Assembly: GCA_026987375.1 (NCBI GenBank)
Contig: JALSMT010000081.1
Location: forward strand, 17,065-81,064
DNA length: 64,000 bases
Source: Thermaceae bacterium
GTDB taxonomy: Bacteria; Deinococcota; Deinococci; Deinococcales; Marinithermaceae
Reading direction: 5' to 3'
Shown here: positions 60,973 through 64,000 of the stretch, piece after piece
How the letters are laid out: each line of letters opens with the position of its first letter
Position numbering within the stretch: the stretch's first letter is position 1
Notes under the pieces: model-generated
Databases searched by the model: none
What the model saw: only the letters and a program-made list of their open reading frames with translations
Told to the model about the DNA's origin: nothing
Made by a program: the position numbers and the translations under genes

Positions 60973-61470
60973 ATGAAAAGAACCGCTACGATAACCATTG
61001 CCTTGCTCATGGCGCTAGTCGGAGTGCTTGGTCTCAGCCAGAGCAAGGACGTACCCAGCAGGGTCGGCTACATCGACGCGCAGAAAGTAATCGAATCCCA
61101 CCCGCGCTTCTCCGAGGTCAAGGCCATTCAGGACAAAGCCGACAAGGAAGTTAAGCCCTTGGTTGATCAGATCAAAGCCTTGAGCCAGAAAATTAAAGAC
61201 GGCAGCGCCAGCAGCAAAGACCGCCAAGACCTGCAGTCGTTGCAAAAGGTCTACGCCCAAACGAGCAAGAAGTGGCAGGACAAGATAAATACGGTTCTGG
61301 CGCCCATCACCAAGGAGATTGACAAAACGATCGCGCAAGTCGCCGTTCAAAACGGTTTTAGCATGGTCCTGAGCGCCAACGTCGCCGGACAGTCTGGCTT
61401 GGTCGTCTACGCCTCCCCCGACTCCGATTTGACCGAACTGGTCATCAAGGCGCTAACCAGCGGGAAGTAA
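60973..61470 (+). CDS. OmpH/Skp-like periplasmic chaperone
   Basis: Signal peptide MKRTATITIALLMALVGVLGLSQS, IGYIDAQKV start of the mature protein, and a coiled-coil body. The track ORF starts at TTG 60967. Confidence 0.8.
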   Translation: MKRTATITIALLMALVGVLGLSQSKDVPSRVGYIDAQKVIESHPRFSEVKAIQDKADKEVKPLVDQIKALSQKIKDGSASSKDRQDLQSLQKVYAQTSKKWQDKINTVLAPITKEIDKTIAQVAVQNGFSMVLSANVAGQSGLVVYASPDSDLTELVIKALTSGK

Positions 61471-61488
61471 TACTCTTCACCAGTTCTG

Positions 61489-61510
61489 AGCCCGCCATAG
61501 GCGGGCTTTT
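61489..61510 (+). terminator. rho-independent terminator after the skp-like gene
   Basis: AGCCCGCC-ATA-GGCGGGCT followed by TTTT. Confidence 0.75.
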
Positions 61511-61524
61511 CATTATCGACCAGT

Positions 61525-61530
61525 TACAAT
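61525..61530 (+). promoter_or_regulatory. -10 box TACAAT 6 nt upstream of the ftsK GTG (leaderless candidate)
   Basis: TACAAT-ACGTAG-GTG. Confidence 0.45.
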
Positions 61531-61536
61531 ACGTAG

Positions 61537-64000
61537 GTGGCTGGAAAGAGAAGTAAAAAACGCGATAGCGAAAAGTTGGGCAAGCAGGATTATGAGCTTC
61601 TGGCTCTTGTCATACTTGCGGTTTCGTTATTCCTGAGCGTCTCTATTTACCCTAAGGTTCCTCTTTCCGGTGAATGGGGCATGTACCTGCGTCAGCAGCT
61701 CACGCATACCCTGGGCTGGCTGGCCTATCTCAGCCCTTTACCTTTGCTCTTCATCTCGCTGTCTCTGTTCCTGCGCAGACCGGTCTTAAATGCGCTTAAA
61801 CACACGCTGCTGGCGACTTTGCTCGGCCTTAGCACGCTCCCTATCGTGGCCCGCTTTGACCGCCATCTGGCTGGCTGGACCGGTCGAGTCATTCACGACT
61901 GGCTCAGCGGCCAGCTAGGGCCCGCAGGGCTGGTGGCGGCGCTACTACTTTTCTTGGCCATTTTAGACGTGTGGTTTGGCAAGTATCCCTTCTACGGCAC
62001 AACGGTATTTATCAAATACGGCCTGCGCGCCGGCGCCAACTTAGCGAAAGCCGCCTGGAGCGCCGTCAAAACCGGTCGCAAGCACTCGCAGGTGCGCCGT
62101 CAGGCTAGAAAAATGCTCGCCGAGGTAAACGACCTGCTGCAGCGCTATCCCGATCATACCGCCCTGGTGGCGCTGCGCGAGGACTTGACTCGGCTCAGCC
62201 GTCGCGGCACCGTTGGCGACGAAGAACAGCTAAGAATTTTCACCGAACTGCTCGGTGACTTTCACAAGCAACGCGCAGCAGAGCTGCTGCGGAGGCTGGA
62301 GGGCGAACCCCCCGAGCTTTTGGGTGAAATCGAATCAGTCGCCAGAGCCTTGGCAAATCCTCTAGAAACAAGAGGTCCTCTCTTCAAAGAGCTTGAGGAT
62401 CGCCGCCGCGCTTTACTGTTAGAACTGGCTTCTCTTAAAAAGCAGTACCTGCTGCTGCAGTCCAAGGTCAGCAAAGATATTGAGGTTCTTAGCAGGAATC
62501 CCGCCAGGCTAAATGACGTATCCCTCTCTTTGACCAAAAGAAGTAAAGGATGGCGCGAGTTAGAAGAAAGCCTCGAAGAGGTCAGCAATCGCGCCGAGGC
62601 CTGGGAAAAATGGCTGCGCTGGGCGGAGTCGACGCCCGAGGAGTATCACCCAGCCGCTTTACAGATCCTGTCTTCTGCGGGCCTGACCGCCTCTCCACCA
62701 CGGCTGCAAGATCCCCAAACCGATAAAACAGTTGAGACTGCCGTCACGGGCCGCACTGCTCCCCCGCCCGCGCCCCCCGAGGCAGCCGTCGACCCCCCCG
62801 TAGCAAGTGAAAGGGACAACGGCGGCGGCGCCCCTCAGGGTCTTAGCCTGCCACCGATCAAGCTGCTCGACACGCCCTCGAAACGGCGTAAGAATGACAC
62901 CCTCGAGCTCGAGCGGATCGCTGCGGACCGCGCCGAGACCATTAACGAAACTCTCTCACATTTTGGCCTGCAGGCGCGCGTTGTCGCCTGGGCGCGCGGG
63001 CCCAGCGTTACCCGTTACGAGGTGGAGCCGGCGCCGGGAGAAAAGATTAGCCGCATTGCCGGGCTGGCCGACGACATAGCCAGGGCGCTGGCCGTGGGCT
63101 CGGTCAGGGTCGAAGCCCCCATACCCGGCAAGCACGTAATAGGCCTGGAGGTCCCCAACGCCGAGCGCGAGCTGGTTCGCTTTAGCGAAGCGGTCAAGCA
63201 CCCCGCCTACGGACGCAGCAAAGACCGCCTGCCGCTTATCCTGGGAAAGAGCATCGATGGCGAGATGTGGGTTCGCGACCTGGCGGGAATGCCTCACCTG
63301 TTGATAGCGGGCTCTACCGGATCCGGCAAGTCCGTCTGCGTCAATACCCTGGTAATGAGTCTCCTCTACCGCTATTTACCCGGCGAACTGCGCTTTCTGA
63401 TGATTGACCCTAAGATGGTGGAGTTAACGCCCTACGACGGTATTCCGCACCTCGTCCGCGGCGTCGTCACCAACCCCGCCGACGCCTCCGGCGTACTGCT
63501 CGGCGCGGTGGCTCACATGGAGCGTCGCTACAAGATGATGAGCCAGGTTGGCGCTCGCAATCTGGAACAGTTCAACGCCAAAATGCGCGAAGCGGGAGAG
63601 CCAGAGTTGCCGCTGCTGGTAATAGTCATTGACGAGCTGGCCGACCTGATGATCACCAGCCCGAAGGAGGTAGAGCAGGCGATATTAAGACTGGCGCAGA
63701 TGGCCCGCGCTACCGGGATGCACCTGATACTCGCCACCCAAAGACCCAGCGTCGACATTCTTACCAGCCTGATCAAGGTCAACATTCCCGCAAGAATAGC
63801 CTTCGCCGTTTCCAGCAGCCACGACTCTCGCACCATCCTCGACAGCACCGGCGCCGAAAGACTTATCGGCCAAGGCGACATGCTCTTTCACCAACCCGGC
63901 CTGGCCAAACCCGTACGCCTCCAGGGGCCCTTCCTCTCCGATAAGGAGATCCGCCGCATTACCGCCTACCTGCGCGAACAGGACTTTGCAGATGAGTTCG
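61537..64000 (+). CDS. ftsK: DNA translocase FtsK/SpoIIIE (3' end beyond the window)
   Basis: I read this frame as open from GTG 61537 to the window end. It is not in the ORF track because it has no stop. It has N-terminal TM segments, a long linker, Walker [12 protein letters not shown] (near 63301), [10 protein letters not shown], and [10 protein letters not shown]. Confidence 0.9.
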   Translation, partial: MAGKRSKKRDSEKLGKQDYELLALVILAVSLFLSVSIYPKVPLSGEWGMYLRQQLTHTLGWLAYLSPLPLLFISLSLFLRRPVLNALKHTLLATLLGLSTLPIVARFDRHLAGWTGRVIHDWLSGQLGPAGLVAALLLFLAILDVWFGKYPFYGTTVFIKYGLRAGANLAKAAWSAVKTGRKHSQVRRQARKMLAEVNDLLQRYPDHTALVALREDLTRLSRRGTVGDEEQLRIFTELLGDFHKQRAAELLRRLEGEPPELLGEIESVARALANPLETRGPLFKELEDRRRALLLELASLKKQYLLLQSKVSKDIEVLSRNPARLNDVSLSLTKRSKGWRELEESLEEVSNRAEAWEKWLRWAESTPEEYHPAALQILSSAGLTASPPRLQDPQTDKTVETAVTGRTAPPPAPPEAAVDPPVASERDNGGGAPQGLSLPPIKLLDTPSKRRKNDTLELERIAADRAETINETLSHFGLQARVVAWARGPSVTRYEVEPAPGEKISRIAGLADDIARALAVGSVRVEAPIPGKHVIGLEVPNAERELVRFSEAVKHPAYGRSKDRLPLILGKSIDGEMWVRDLAGMPHLLIAGSTGSGKSVCVNTLVMSLLYRYLPGELRFLMIDPKMVELTPYDGIPHLVRGVVTNPADASGVLLGAVAHMERRYKMMSQVGARNLEQFNAKMREAGEPELPLLVIVIDELADLMITSPKEVEQAILRLAQMARATGMHLILATQRPSVDILTSLIKVNIPARIAFAVSSSHDSRTILDSTGAERLIGQGDMLFHQPGLAKPVRLQGPFLSDKEIRRITAYLREQDFADEF

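Overview
Chromosomal window from what looks like a Deinococcus-Thermus (Deinococcota)-type bacterium. The lineage call rests on a Taq-like PolA without proofreading motifs, a Gfh1-type Gre homolog, a 196-aa EF-Ts, futalosine-pathway menaquinone genes, hemE-hemH-hemY, and many apparently leaderless genes. There are about 62 protein genes in tight, often translationally coupled operons, and almost all are core housekeeping. They include rpsB-tsf, pyrH-frr-uppS-cdsA-dxr-rseP, proC, coaE, a CCA enzyme, metG, an rpiA-bcp redox operon, mqn-deaminase-ClC-aroH, serA plus a class-V aminotransferase, degV-dtd, SAM-I riboswitch-metF, a split pyruvate:ferredoxin oxidoreductase, rnr, glmM, polA, aroE, heme genes, lysS, and ftsK (3' end cut by the window edge). 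There is one tRNA-Ser(GGA). I saw no transposase, integrase, CRISPR array, restriction gene or other recognisable defence gene. Five parts look accessory. (i) A complete Lsr autoinducer-2 uptake/kinase locus ends in a cupin gene where lsrF/lsrG would be expected, and carries a Pro-rich upstream ORF and repeated TCACA/TGTGA operator-like repeats. (ii) A ~420-nt orphan non-coding interval lies between the gfh1 promoter and a leaderless lptC-like gene. (iii) An LptC/LptA-like three-gene module has a last member with a 2xCxxC domain. (iv) A GC-rich metF is preceded by an AT-rich ~350-nt spacer. (v) A Memo-family protein has a PqqD/RRE-like N-terminal extension. I do not see compelling evidence for an entirely new multi-gene system. 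These are the best leads, and every functional reading beyond motif-level homology is inference. Hand-derived coordinates were cross-checked against ORF-track boundaries where possible. Those inside 49500-49740 could not be checked and may be off by 1-2 nt.
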